64,000 nucleotides of DNA. Origin: Moniliella sp. 'wahieum' (Eukaryota). Made by a program: the position numbers and the translations under genes. A model generated the notes under the pieces. That model did not search any database and was not told the DNA's origin. It was given only the letters and a program-made list of their open reading frames with translations. Position 1 is the stretch's first letter. Each line of letters begins with the position of its first letter. Location of the stretch: assembly GCA_003971905.1 (NCBI GenBank), contig RSEE01000098.1, positions 62,001 to 126,000 of the forward strand, read 5' to 3'. Below, in pieces: positions 12,395 to 25,143 of the stretch.

Positions 12395-13248
12395 GGTGAC
12401 AATGGGCGATGGGCAGTGAGCGATGGGCGATGGTGGGGATGGCGGAGGAGAGCCAAGTGCCCCGGCCACCGTACTAGCAAGGACGAGGGGTCAAGCCACT
12501 AGTCACGAGCTTGGGGCTCAGGCTGAGCGCCAAAGGCCAAAGTCAATAGAATCTCCGCTGCGACGTCAGGAACATTGTTCGGACTTAAAACTTTTTACCC
12601 GCCCCCCTTAACCCACTTTAAATTGGGTAGATCGTAGATGCGATCTGGCATGGTCCTTCCCGGCGGTTATCGATTATCGGTTACCCTACCGACTCGCTTA
12701 TCGATGCGCTGCCAGGATGGGCTTTTAGGTTCAAGTTGAACGTTGACCCCAACGTGTTGCCGACGCTCAGCAACCGATACAGTAACTACTACAGCTATCG
12801 CATCGTGTGCACCGGACGACTTGGGTCCTGGGGGGCACTTCAGTAGTAAAGAAATGGTTCCATGTGCCGGAGACACAGCCGATCTTTTTCAACAGCTTTT
12901 CCCGGCCTCGACCAAGGCGCCCTTGCATTCCTGCAACCGCATCAGCCACTCCTTTATTGACTTCCTCCCGTTCTGGGTTACACGAGCCCAGTCCCACAAG
13001 CCTGTGCACAGGCACAGCAATAGGCCAGTCTCTATGGCAGCACACACTCGCACGCAATGGGTCCTGGTGTGCATATCTGGCGCCGAATCAGGCGTGATCC
13101 TATTGTTCGCCGACCGACAGGCCAGGCCGAGCCGTCAAAGAGCCGCGACGAAGCAAGCACCAACCAGTCCCGTAGTGTGCGTCTACCCATCTCAGACTTC
13201 CAAGCAAGATAGTGTACGCGGGTCCGAGCCGCCGAAGGCAGGGTACGA

Positions 13249-13729
13249 TTAGATGTACGTGTCGTAGGCGATGGGGGCGAGGGTCTCGGGGAGGTTGTCC
13301 TGGGTCTGAATGACGCGTGCGTCACGGGGCAAAGCCGGGCGACGCTTAAGGTCAAACGTCGCGCGGCCTCTTTGGCAATACGTTTCTTTTCAGCGTTGGA
13401 CTTGACGCGGGCCAAAAAGTCGTCACGGCACTTGGAGTGTTGACGTGCTCCACACGCACATTCACCCGCTTCTCCATGTACCGACCACCAACAATCTTGT
13501 AGATGATCACGCCGACCGCGCGCGGCGCCACATTGTACACCACGCCCGTGCGACCGTGGTAGTACTTGTGCGGCATGCCCTTCTGGATCGCACCGTTGGC
13601 CTTAATGTCGACAATGTCGCCCACGTGGTACGGCCGGAGGTAAGTCGAGAGCGGGATCTGGCCGTGCTGGCGGAAGCCACGCTTGAACAGGTCGCGCGTG
13701 CGCGCGCGGTAACCAAACGAGTGCGGCAT
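13249..13729 (-). CDS. RPL21: 60S ribosomal protein L21 (eL21); probable 5'UTR intron ~13734-13865
   Basis: [43 protein letters not shown]-terminus [13 protein letters not shown]; frameshifted near 13440. Confidence 0.97.
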
Positions 13730-14226
13730 GACGCTGCCGAGGGAGAAGACAAGACAAGGCGGGGGCAAAGAAGAACAAGTCAGAGGTCAGTTTCGTGTTC
13801 TCGTTCGTGGGGAGGGAGGGAGGGCATCATCCGCCTGCGCCAAGCAAAGCGGCCGACAAGCATACGCACTGAAAACTGGCTTGGTGACCTCGTTGGTGAG
13901 AAGACCAGCGGGCGCGGGGGCCACCGCTGGGGGAGACTGCGAATGGCCGCCACGGCCCAGCTACCAGTAGGGTTGGTGCTGCGGGCGTGCCAGCGCGGCC
14001 GCTGGGCAGTGCCTGAATTTATTGCGGACGCGAAAAGCGACCGCGCGGCGTGGGGGAAGTGCCAATCCATCCGCCCACCGTCGCACGAATTTGGCACAGG
14101 CCACACTGTTGGGTGTCGAATAGGGTTGCGTGGGTGCTCCCCCCCCCCCCCCCCCGCCCTCCCCGTCGGGCTGGCTGGGCCAGCGAGTCGTGGCTGCCGC
14201 TTTGCCTCTTGCCCCTGTCCAGCACC

Positions 14227-14802
14227 ATGCCTCTCGCTCCCCGGAAGCAGTCGAAGACGTACAAGGTCCCGCGTCGCCCTTTGAGGCGTCGCGTCTCGAC
14301 TCGGAGCTCAAGCTGGCTGGCGAGTACGGGCTGCGCAACAAGACGGAGATCTGGCGCATCTCGCTGACGCTGTCCAAGATCCGTCGTGCGGCTCGGGAGC
14401 TGCTCAAGCTGGATGAGAAGGACCCCAAGCGTCTGTTTGAGGGCAACGCCATTATTCGTCGTCTGGTCCGCATTGGTGTGCTGGACGAAACGCGGATGCG
14501 GCTGGACTATGTGCTGTCGCTTACCGTCGAAGACTTTTTGGAGCGTCGGCTGCAGACGCAGGTGTTCAAGACGGGCCTGGCCAAGTCCATCCACCACGCC
14601 GCGTGCTCATTCGTCAGCGCCACATTCGCGTCGGCAAGCAGATCGTTAACGTGCCCTCGTTTGTCGTTCGTCTCGACAGCCAGAAGCACATTGACTTTGC
14701 CCTCAACTCGCCTACGGCGGCGGCCGCGAAGGCCGTGTGAAGCGCAAGCGCGCCAAGGCCGCCGCCGAGGGCGGTGACGAGGAAGAGGAGGACGACGAGT
14801 AA
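14227..14802 (+). CDS. RPS9: 40S ribosomal protein S9 (uS4)
   Basis: [18 protein letters not shown](F)[53 protein letters not shown]; frameshifted. Confidence 0.97.
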
Positions 14803-15423
14803 ACCCACTTGCGTGCTTTTGGTACGGCTGGATACAAGTCTGTCTTGGTGGCTGTACCCCTTTCTCTAGGGTTGTCACCCGCTCCTACCCCGTACTTGTC
14901 GTTATGCCCTAGGCCTGTCAAAACTTGCCTCTTGATCGCGAGGGGACACATTTATGGCCCATCACAAACATGTTGCTATCTCGCACCTGAGCTCTTGCTG
15001 AATGTGGAGATAGTATAGTCTGAATAGAAAACCAAGGGAAGTCGTATGCGAGTACCTCGGACACAAAAGTCTTTCAACCAGTTGGGAGGGACGTGCTGCT
15101 TCCCGTAGTACAACCTGGCCCAGGTGGATGGCTGCCGTCGGATTGAAGCTTGAAGCTGCATCCAATTCACATAGGCCGCTACCGGCATACCTATGTCCAA
15201 GTCTTTGTGAGAAGGAGGCCCACGCTCCCACGGTCGACGCATCAGCAAGCTGACGGAAGCCGCTAAGTCCCGTCCTCTGCCTATGCTGCAACACTGCAAG
15301 GAATGCGATACGGCCTTCCTACATCTAGCCATCGAGGTAAGAAGTGCAGGAAGCAGAGAACCAGGTGGATACAAATGCAACGACAGTTGGATGATGCTAC
15401 TAGGAGAAGGCAGCCTGGACGCT

Positions 15424-16471
15424 CTACGCCGCCGCGCGCATCCTGGACCGTTTTCCTGTGATGGCCTGGAACCCGTTTTGATAGCGGCGACCGAACGCTG
15501 GGATCCGCACGTCTTGCACTTGACAAAGTAAATACGATTTTCGCGGCTCACTCCGTGTCGGCGGATTTGCACGTTTTGCACTGCACGTACTCGGAAATGT
15601 ACTTGCGCAGGACATTTTGGATTTGTTGCTGTTGGAAGCGACCCTTGATGATCAACCGGCCCGCACCGTCTTCGTTGCCAATGGTACCCAATTCGGCAAA
15701 TAAGAACGCCTGCACGTGCTCGTGGTCCCGGTGCATCCGTCGGCAAATGTCGGCACAGTTGACAAACGCCGTCTTCTTGGAACCTTCGCGCTCTACCACG
15801 GGAGGCACCATCGTGTACTTTTTCTTGTCCCCCGAGAGGGCCGGGTTGTGCTCGCGAAGCGTGACAAAGGTCCGGTTCAAAAGCTAGCCGAGGAAGCACG
15901 TACGTCAGAACATCCACCACACACACGCACACGAAACGAAACGCAGAAGAGGAAGCAAGACGGCAACGTACCCAAGCATACGGATACTTGTCCGTTCCCT
16001 TGAGGAACTCAATCTCCTTTTCCGGGTCGGAAGCAAAAGGTTGACCTCTGGATTTTCATCAAACTCATCCTTGTCCTCCTCGTTGGCGCGCCTTCGGCAA
16101 GTGCCTTGTCAAGCTCCGCGAGCTTGTCCTTCTTGGACTTTTTCTTCTTCTTTTGAGGTCGCCAAACAAGTCCTCGGGGGCAGGGGCGCTGGGCGCAGGG
16201 GCATCCGCACTGGGCGCAGCAGACACGGGGTCTCGGTCGAGACGGCTGGCTCGGCAGCGCCAGCGTCCTTGGCAGAGGGGAGGTTGTCGAGGTTGACGTA
16301 AAGTTCTTGGCGGTCTTTTTGCTCTTCTTCTTCTTCTTCATGCCGCCAAACATGGCAGCCAGGTCGTCGTCGGCGTGGGGCCGTCGTCGGGGGCGTCGGC
16401 CCCAGTGGGGGCGGGGCGGTGGGGGCGGTGGCGTCCAGTGTGTCTGCTGGGCGCGCGGCGTCGGCGGGCAT
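15424..16471 (-). CDS. SUI3: Translation initiation factor eIF2 beta
   Basis: Poly-Lys boxes ([21 protein letters not shown]); [60 protein letters not shown] zinc ribbon; intron ~15885-15988. Confidence 0.95.
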
Positions 16472-16758
16472 GGTGGGACGAGGAGGCGGCCGGGCGGCGG
16501 GGTGGGCAGCCACACGTGGCCACCCGGCACCTGATTCCGCCACGCTTATTCCGCGGTGGAGCCACGTGGCTGCCTCTTCCCTGCGCGTCACGTGACCTGC
16601 ACAGACCAGCCTTAAGATTATGGCCATGGGTTGGTCCAGCGAGAGCCAGAAGCCCATCACGCATCACCCACATCACCCACCCCCTGGACCCAACACGCTC
16701 ATCCGCTTCAGCCGTGCGTTTGCCACCCTTTAACCACCACCAGCCCGCGTCCTCCGCC

Positions 16759-17339
16759 ATGCCTGCGCCCATCGACATCACCTCCGCCGCCGCTCGACAA
16801 GATCCTCGCCGACGCCGGCGACAACCTCACGTCGTCGACTTCCACGCATCGTGTACGTCCTCCGTTTCTTGTCCCCGGTTCCTCTTCCAGCTGCGCTTGC
16901 CTGTTGGCGTGTGGCATGTCATTTGTCATGTGCCATTTGCCATTTGCCATTTGGCGTTTGGGCGTTTGGCGTTTGGCCTGGCGTTGGCCCTGCATGGACG
17001 AAGAGCGAAGCAGGCTATTGGATGGGATGTTGGATACTGACCTACGACGGGGCACGATGGGGATGCGGCAGGGTGCGGGCCGTGCCATGCGATTGCGCCG
17101 GTGTTTGCGCGGATTGGCGCGGCGTCCGAAGCGACGTTTGTGCGTGTGGACGTGGACAAGGTGAAGGAGTTGGCGCAGCGGTACAGTGTGAGCGATGCCG
17201 ACATTTGTGTTTCTCAAAAAGGGCAAGGTGGTGGATACGTTGCGCGGGGCGGATCCGCGTGGGCTCCAGCGCCTCGTTACCCAGCACTCGGGACAGGAAG
17301 TGTCGGCGGAAACGGTAGGGGAGATGGCTAAGCCCAGTT
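16759..17339 (+). CDS. Thioredoxin (WCGPC split by intron 16853-17071); 3' end uncertain
   Basis: VVDFHAS(W)|CGPCHAIAPVF..FVRVDVDKVKELAQRYSV..MPTFVFLKKGKVVDTLRGADP. Confidence 0.92.
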
Positions 17340-17417
17340 GGACCTCCATGGTCGCCAGCACGGCTTGCCCTTGCTCCTCGCCGCGGCATATCTCCTCTAC
17401 ACATACTTTTTCCCTTC

Positions 17418-17546
17418 GGACACGACAGAGCAAGTGTAACTACACCCTGGACTCGACGCAGCAAGTGTACCTAGGCCCTGGACACAACAGAGAAAGTGTA
17501 CCTAGGACCTGGACACGACGGAATAAGTGTACCTACTAGGACCTGG
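17418..17546. repeat. 31-bp minisatellite, 4 copies
   Basis: Units start at 17418, 17449, 17480 and 17511; consensus GGACACGACAGAGCAAGTGTACCTAGGACCT. Confidence 0.85.
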
Positions 17547-18132
17547 CTGCCACACGGGAAGCTTGCTGTGTGACGTGGAGGATGGATGAGATAGGAGCGA
17601 TGCGCCGCACGCTGGGTTCCTGATGCCATAGGCCACGTGCCAGCCCGGTCGGGGCGGGGGGGGGGGGGGGTAAAAGTTAAAGTGGGGATCATTGTGATTT
17701 CCTGGCCAAGGAGAGTAGCTAATACGCAAGACAGGTCCCACGTGGGGGACAAGGGATAAGGGATAAGGCCTAAGGAGTATCGAGTACGGCAAGTAAGGAA
17801 GGGTGGGCAGGGCGGAGGCGAGTACGACAGACGGCCTATGGCTGGCTCTACGCCGACCTAAGACCTAAGGTCTAAGGCCGAAACTTAACCCCAACCACCA
17901 ACCCCCTAGCCCCTAACCGCGAAACCAGCGGCGCCTTCGACCGACGCCATTGGACGAAGGAACAGGGCCGGGTGCGGGAAGCGAGGCGCTCATGTACGCT
18001 TTCAAGCTTCGCTTCCGAGTCCAGCGACAGATGGAACAAAAAGGGGGAACAAGAAAAACGTGGACCCAAGCAGTCTCAGATGATGTCATGGCAGATCTCA
18101 AGTCGCATTAGGGCTTAGGAAAGGCTTAAGGC

Positions 18133-21100
18133 TTAAGGAGAAAGTCTTAAGCCCTTAGGACGCACGGGCTTTGCCCTTGCCCTTGCCCTTACTTTTCTTG
18201 GGCGGAGCCTCGGGGGCGCCGTCGGCGTGGGGAGGCGGAGGGTGAGTGGCACTGGTAGTACTTCCATTGGAGTAGGCGTGCGTGCCATTAGCTTGCGGGT
18301 GGCTTGCTTCCACTGCCGACGCCCATTGCCCTTGGCCAGGAGAGGTGCGCGGGGCGGAACGAGCAGAGAGACGGACGGGGAGGAAGCAAGCGTTTCCTGC
18401 AGCGCCTGGAGCGCCGCTGCGTCGCCCCTCTGAGCTGCCTCGACCAGCGCCAGCAACCGCGGATCCTCGCCTCGGCTCAGCGAAGAGAGATCAATGGAAC
18501 GCTAGGATCCGACGGACCATCTCCCAGGCCATCGGGGTTGGGTTCGGCATGGCCATTGGCCAGGGCGGGCTTACTTCCATTCATAGGTTTGTCCTTATCG
18601 GGATCCTCAAACTTAGCCGGACCGAGCGGTAATGAGCCATTTCGTCCTCCGAAACGGACGGGACCAGTTCCTGCAGCGCCAACTCAAAGTCTTGTTTGCT
18701 CACGCTCACCTCGTAGTCTTGGCGCGTCGCCAGTTCCGACAGGTAGTACTGTGCGGTCAAGGGGGTGGGCCAGTCGTGTGGTCCAGGCTGGCGATTGAGC
18801 TGGGCAATTTTTTGGTCTACTCATTAGCTTTGCGCGTCATGGCCTTGAGCATAGCGTCGGATGCCAAGGCGTAAAAGTCAGCGCCGGTCAAGTTGAATGG
18901 GCACTGGTTCGCGATGACGGCCAAGTCGCCCACGTCAGGATCGAGACGGAACTTGCGCGTCAACGCTTGCAAGATGGTCTGCTGGGCAGCGTGCGTCTCC
19001 GCGACAGAGAGGTAAAGCAGTTTGTCAAACCGACCTGGTCGGAGCAAGGCCGGGTCGAGCAGATCCGGTCGATTCGTCGCGCCAATGACAAATACGTCTC
19101 CGCCTCCGGACGCCATGCCATCGAGTTCAGCCAAGAGCTGGGACACGATCCGGTCCATCACGCCGCCCGAGTCGCCTTGGTTGCCACGTTTGGGCGCTAC
19201 CGAGTCAAGTTCGTCAAAGAAGATGACGCAAGGGGTTGCATCGCGCGCCTTTTGGAACACACGCCGGACATTGGCTTCGGATTCGCCAATGTACATGTTG
19301 AGCAGTTCGGGACCTTGACAGAAAAGAAATTGAGCGAGCACGAGGTAGCTACAGCCTTGGCCAATAGCGTCTTGCCCGTTCCAGGAGGGCCGTACAGCAG
19401 CACACCCGACCGCTTCTTCAGTCCATCCGCAAACAAATCCGGACGTTCAAGCGGAAGTTGAATCGTGTCCAGAATGTCGTGCTTGACCGACGCAAGACCA
19501 CCCACATCGTCCCACGTCACATTGGGGATCTTGGGCGCACCGATCGACTCGGAATAGGTCGCACGAGCAGAGGCCAACGCCGTATCAAAGTCAGAGCCGG
19601 TCAGGCTTACCCCAGAATCGAGGACATCCGTGAAGGAAGTACCCTCCGGACTGAAGACACGCATAGATAATCAGTCAGTGGGAACAACAGGGCAACAAGC
19701 GAGGGAGGGGGGAGTTGGGCATACACTTGGTCCCGGATGCGTGCCGTCGCGGCAGCTTTCGAGCGTGCTACCAGGTCGGCCAGGTCGGCCGCAACCAATG
19801 CAGCTGTCTGCGTAGCCAGGGACGATAAGGTTACATCCGGAGCAAGAGTGATGGTAGCAGCGCCTTGGACCGAAAGGGATTTTGAACCTGTCGAGCGGGA
19901 TGAAGACGGGACAGAAACCGTTGACGAAGCGGCAATTGCTCCTTGCAAGATGGACAGACGCTCCTGTTCGTTGGGGGCATCCCACTGGACCGTATGCTTG
20001 AACAAAGCCAGCAACCCAGGGGGACACTTCTCCGACTCGCTCGTTGTGCCCAAGACAATCAACGGGTGGAAAGCGTCCTTGTCGATCGAGGTGCTTTGGT
20101 TGGGTGTGGGTCCCGAAGAGGCGGGGGTAGATGAAGGCTTACCGTTACCATCGAGCCTTCCTGACTTTTTTCAATGTGCTGCGAAGGGCTAGGGCTACTC
20201 TTGAGCGTCTCCAAGCAATCCGCTAACACCCGCGTCATTGCAGGTTCGTGGCCATCCTGGGGGCTTGTGCCTTGGACCCCAACGCCTCAATGCCGCGGAG
20301 CAAGATGACGGCGGGAGCAGCCTGTTTGGCCCGTTCCAAACGCGCTCGCAAAGTCCCCTCGGTCCGAGTAGGAGAGTCGGCAAGCAAAGCGTAGCAATCC
20401 AGCTGCACCACGTGCAGTCCCAGGCTCTGGGCGGCCCATAAGCTTGTCGTCCGTTTCCCGGCCCCGCGCGCCCCCGAAAGGAGCGCGGTGACATGAACAC
20501 CTGCTTTGGCCCCGGCGGGGTGCAAGGCCGCACGCAACAGCGCTTGCAACTGGCCAAAGGGGGTCTCGGGCAATGTCAGCGCCGACCCAGGCGCGGGGGC
20601 AGGCGGAAGCCCCGTATCCAAGTTCAGCCAACCAGCAACGGACGGGACACGGGAGTGAACCAAGCCAGCCTGGACAATCTGGGTCAATCCTGGGTCCACC
20701 AGGGCACCCAATCCCCCATTCCAAGCAAGGGAGCGGAACGCCATAGCGTCTGTGTTGGGGGCATCAGATGTACTGGGTGCAGAGTGTGGGTGCTTGGGCC
20801 CGAGCCGACGTTGAGGTCGGTGGCGTAGGGTCCAGATCAGGTCGCACATCGACCACACGGAAAAATACCGCCTCGGTAGGAGCCTCGTTGCCTCCAGGCA
20901 GGCAAAGACTAGCAATATCCAACTCTTCTTCCTCGCTGCCGACCGCATTTGCCGTACCAGGATCAGAGGCCCGTGCCGAAACAGAAGGTGGTCCAGAAGG
21001 TTGAGTCGATGCCCCCGCTCCTGCGCCCCACCGCACCAGGCGGAGCGCTCGACCCGGATGTTGGTGGGTTCGCCGCGCCCGACCCTACCCACCGGGTCAC

Positions 21101-22566
21101 ACGGCCGTCGAGAGCAACAGCAATCAAGTCCCCTGGTAAGACGATGCGCCGTGTCCGGCAAAGAAGGAACGGAGAGCAGCAAGGAAGAGAGGCTCGTGCG
21201 CCTTATCGACCGAGGCAGGGCTAGCGACGCGCGCGAGCGTCAAGCGCTCAGCAAAGGGGATCGGAGGCTGGCTGTTTGGGGCGAGCGAAGACGGCAAGGG
21301 AGTAAGCTGAACAGCAGACCCATTCTCCCCGCTCACGTTGGGACTGGAGGCGAGGGCTCTGATGCCAACAGATTGGTCAGCAGGAGAGGAGACATAAATA
21401 CGGGCACATTGTTCGGTCCGGTGCCGCGTGGAATGACCGGAAGTAAGGTTGCCGGTGCTCCAAACACGTAGACCAATTGGCTTGGGCGGCGAAGTGGGCG
21501 ATCCGAGGAGATCGGGGGTACGTGAGAGAAGCGCGTACTGGCCATTGAGGCATCCAGCACGTGCAAGCTGCGACTCTGGAATAAGTACGATGGCCTCCTC
21601 ATCCACGTCGGCACGAGGCCGGTCTGGGGCAGAGCAAGTCCAGGCGGAGAGGACAGCATCAGGGGCGTGGGCAGTGGGCAGGGCGTGAGCGAAAAATGTG
21701 GGTGAAATGGACACCTTGGGAGGCGGGAGACTTGGAGTAGGTGTCTTGTCGCCCTCGGTTGATGGCTCGAGCTTGGCCAACGTCTGGGCTAAGAAGTACT
21801 CGTCAATCAGCAGATCGTCGCCTTCTGAACCCTCTTGGTCCTCGTCCTCTGCCACGTCGAGGCCCGTTTGAGAGTACACTGCGCTCTCAGGCACCACGGA
21901 CGACGTGGTTGCAATCGACTGGCGATCGTCGTCGTCGTCGTCATTTTCATCGACCCAGGCGGAAGGGGGTACAAGAGTCAGTGTCAGCTGCGTCGCAGCT
22001 GTCACGACGCCCTGAAGAACGGGTTCCGCCATGATCACACGGACGGGGGCATACGATGCAGCGCTTGATGTGTCCACGGGAAGAGAGAGAGCTGGCCCTG
22101 ACGCAGGACATGTGCGTCGAGGTACGCAGTCACTTGCCCATCTGGACGGGACAATAGGGCGGCGGAGGGCGTGGCGAGCACAACAGTCGTAAGGGGGATC
22201 GGCTCGAAGGGGCGCACATGGGCGGAGGAGGAGGCGAGGGAGCGGTGTACGTGGCGAGGAACGTAGACCAGAGGCGCGGAGCTGTCCTGAGGATCTGGGG
22301 CGGTTGGGCGGCGGGGCGGCAGAGGGCAGGCAAGACGAGGGAATGCCAGCGCGGCGTGTACGCGGCTGCCGCCGCGGATGACGATGGGGCAGTCGGCGTG
22401 ACAGTCACGGCGACATACTGCTTGCGGTCGGGGCCATCGGCGGGAGGCGAGCCAAAGACGGCGGCCCATGCAGCGGGGGTGAGCACGGCGGCGCTGTGCT
22501 CGTGGGGGCTGGCGGGGGCGGGGGCACGCGGGAAGCGGCGGACGGGGAAGAGCGCCGGCGGGCATG
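18133..22566 (-). CDS. PEX6: Peroxisomal AAA ATPase Pex6; heavily frameshifted, start approximate
   Basis: [104 protein letters not shown]; degenerate D1 [16 protein letters not shown]. Confidence 0.95.
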
Positions 22567-22575
22567 CCGTCTGGG

Positions 22576-22745
22576 GGGGTGGAAGTGGTGGTGGTGGTGG
22601 TGGTGGCGGTGGTGGTGGAAATGGAGGTGGTGGGGTGGTGGTGGTGGGTGGTGGTGGTGGTGGTGGTGGTGGTGGTGGGGTGGTGGTGGTGGTGGTGGTG
22701 GTGGTGTGGGGGGTGGTGGAAATGGTGGTGGTGGTGGTGGTGGCG
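22576..22745. repeat. (GGT)n/(CAC)n microsatellite upstream of PEX6
   Basis: About 170 bp of near-continuous GGT triplets. Confidence 0.95.
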
Positions 22746-23270
22746 ATGGACATGCCGATGGAGAGCGCAACCATCGGCTGGTCTGAGCGCCGCGGCGTGC
22801 TTCTGGCAGCCGCCGGTGGGGCGGCCCACACTGGCGCCGTGCCTGTGCGCCACCCTCTCACGCCGGCCCGGCTTTTGGCCGTGGGGCTAGCCGGATGCAC
22901 GGCTGCCTTGCACCGACCACGTGACACGCTTCTCTCTCTGTCTCCCACTACCACTAGATGGAGGATGAAAGATGATCGATGAAAGCCCATGCGTACACCA
23001 GCCGCTTGCCAGAGCCCGAGGCCAATCCATGCATGCGCAGAGATGGTACACGTCGACGCGCCTGTCCGTTGCGGGCCAAGCAGCGCCCAGCTTCGCCCCT
23101 TGCCAACATCCAGGACTAATACAAGTGGAAGCGAGACGGTCGCCCCGCGTCTCGATTCTATAATAATACGTGCCGCCGCTTGCGGCGGCAAAACCGACGG
23201 GAGGAGCACTCTGCCGGGCTGGAAGAGCAGCAGCAGGCCAGCACGAGCGCAGCCATTCAGTGTGACGCGG

Positions 23271-23759
23271 TTAGAAGCGACCGAATTGCTTGGCGGCCTT
23301 CTCCAGCGCCTTGTTCTTGGTCACTTTGAGCACGTTGAACCGCACCGTCTTGGACAGCGGGCGGCACTGGCCCACAGTCACTTCGTCCCCGACGTCGACA
23401 CGGAACGCCGGGGAGCAGTGGGCGGCCAGGTTCTTGTGGCGCTTCTCGTACCGGTTGTACTTGGCCACAAAGTGCAGGTACTCACGGCGAATGATGATGG
23501 TGCGGGTCATTTTGGTCGACACGACCCGACCGGTAAGGATGCGGCCTCGGATGGACACCAGCCCGGTCCAGGGACACTTTTTGTCAATGTACGTGCCCCC
23601 AATCGCCGCTGCGGGCGTCTTGAAGCCAAGGCCAATGTCCTTGTGCCACCGCTTGGTCTTGTTGTTGACCTTCTTGCCAGCTGCCACCTTGGCGTTCTGG
23701 AAGAGGGGATGTTTCTGGAACGCACGCTCGTGCTGCACACCAAGTTCAACGTTGGACAT
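23271..23759 (-). CDS. RPS11: 40S ribosomal protein S11 (uS17)
   Basis: Intact 162-aa [54 protein letters not shown]. Confidence 0.98.
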   Translation of the reverse strand: MSNVELGVQHERAFQKHPLFQNAKVAAGKKVNNKTKRWHKDIGLGFKTPAAAIGGTYIDKKCPWTGLVSIRGRILTGRVVSTKMTRTIIIRREYLHFVAKYNRYEKRHKNLAAHCSPAFRVDVGDEVTVGQCRPLSKTVRFNVLKVTKNKALEKAAKQFGRF

Positions 23760-24172
23760 GGCGACGACGGAGGCGGAAGCCCGGGGGGGGGCAGCAGTGC
23801 GGGACCAGGAGATAGCTTAAGCACCGCCAACGAAAGCAACGCGTGCTCACCTAGTCTACCAGATCCAGTGGAGACTGCCGAACATTGAATTCGTGAAACA
23901 TTGGACCACAAGCAGCCCCGACACGCTAACCAGCAAGCGGCATCCCTAGGCGATCCCGCAACCCTATTGGATACTTTGCCACTGGGGTCCCTTTTTATTA
24001 CGCCTGGCTTGGAGCAGGGGGGCAGCAGCTGTTGCTATTGAATGAAGGGCGGGTTCGCACACTGCCCTAGTGCCCGTCCCGGCTTCGCCGCCGGACGCGT
24101 GGCATCCGCAAGAAGCGTGGACGTGGTCTTGGTTTGCCAGCCGCACCACCACCGTCTCCCTTAGCAAGCACC

Positions 24173-24678
24173 ATGTCCGACATTGAGGAGCAGCAGATCG
24201 ACTGTTGTCGAGGAAGTCGCCGTTGAGGAGACTGCGCCCGTCAAGACGGGTCTGACGATTGAGGAGGCTCTGCAGGAGGTGCTCAAGAAGGCTCTCATCC
24301 ACGACAGCCTTGCGCGTGGCCTGCGCGAGTGCGCCCACGCTCTGGACCGCGGCAACGCGCAGCTGTGTGTTCTCGTCGAGACCAACACCGAGGGCGAGTA
24401 CATCAAGTTGATTGAGGCGCTGTGCAACGACCACAAGATCGACCTGCTCAAGGTTTCCGACGCCAAGACGCTCGGCACCTGGGCTGGTCTGGCCAAGATC
24501 GACCGCGAGGGCAACCCCCGTAAGGTCGTTGGCTGCTCGTGCGTCGTCGTTCGTGACTTCGGCGAGCCCTCAGAGGGCCTGAACGTCCTCACCGAGTACT
24601 TCAAGTATGTTCCCTCTTGCCTCCCTACGACTCTGCACGTGAGATACTGACCGTTTTGTGCTGCAAAGGTCCCGTTAA
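24173..24678 (+). CDS. RPS12: 40S ribosomal protein S12 (eS12)
   Basis: [52 protein letters not shown]; terminal intron ~24606-24668. Confidence 0.97.
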
Positions 24679-25143
24679 GTATGCGATGGCACGCTTCAAT
24701 GGCTTGGACGCGCCACGAGCCGACCCTATTGGCTATACCCGCCTTGGCGGGACACGTGCACTCCACCTGTGGGCCCCCAAAAATGCAATGTAACCCTGTG
24801 CGTCCCACGACGCATCCTGGGCCTTACACCGTCTTCATAAGCACTCGCTCTCTTGCCGTATAACGTTTAGCGCCTGGTCCCCTAGACTCCCGACATATCA
24901 GTGCAGGAGAACAGAGGGAAGGCGGCCCCTATTGAGTGGCTGGGGTGACCGGATGAAGAAAGGGGACAGCGTCCACCGCGCTGTGGGTTGTAGGATGCAT
25001 TCCGCCCTGAGGCAGTGGATTCCGCGCTGGGACCCATTGGTTGGAGCAGGCCCCAGGCAGTGGGTTATAGTTTTTTTTTCAGGCGCACTCTTTTAGATCT
25101 TAGTGCGTGCCGCGTCCGCCATCCGTGCCACCTGCTGTACGCG

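Noticed and set aside
22035..23209. Poly-His/Thr/Pro/Trp ORFs
   Set aside because: Translation by-products of the (GGT)n microsatellite.
24860..25080. Pol III ncRNA (SRP/U6/tRNA) ending at the T9 run
   Set aside because: No A/B boxes, cloverleaf or SRP helix-8 motif; the region is better explained as the promoter of the downstream gene.
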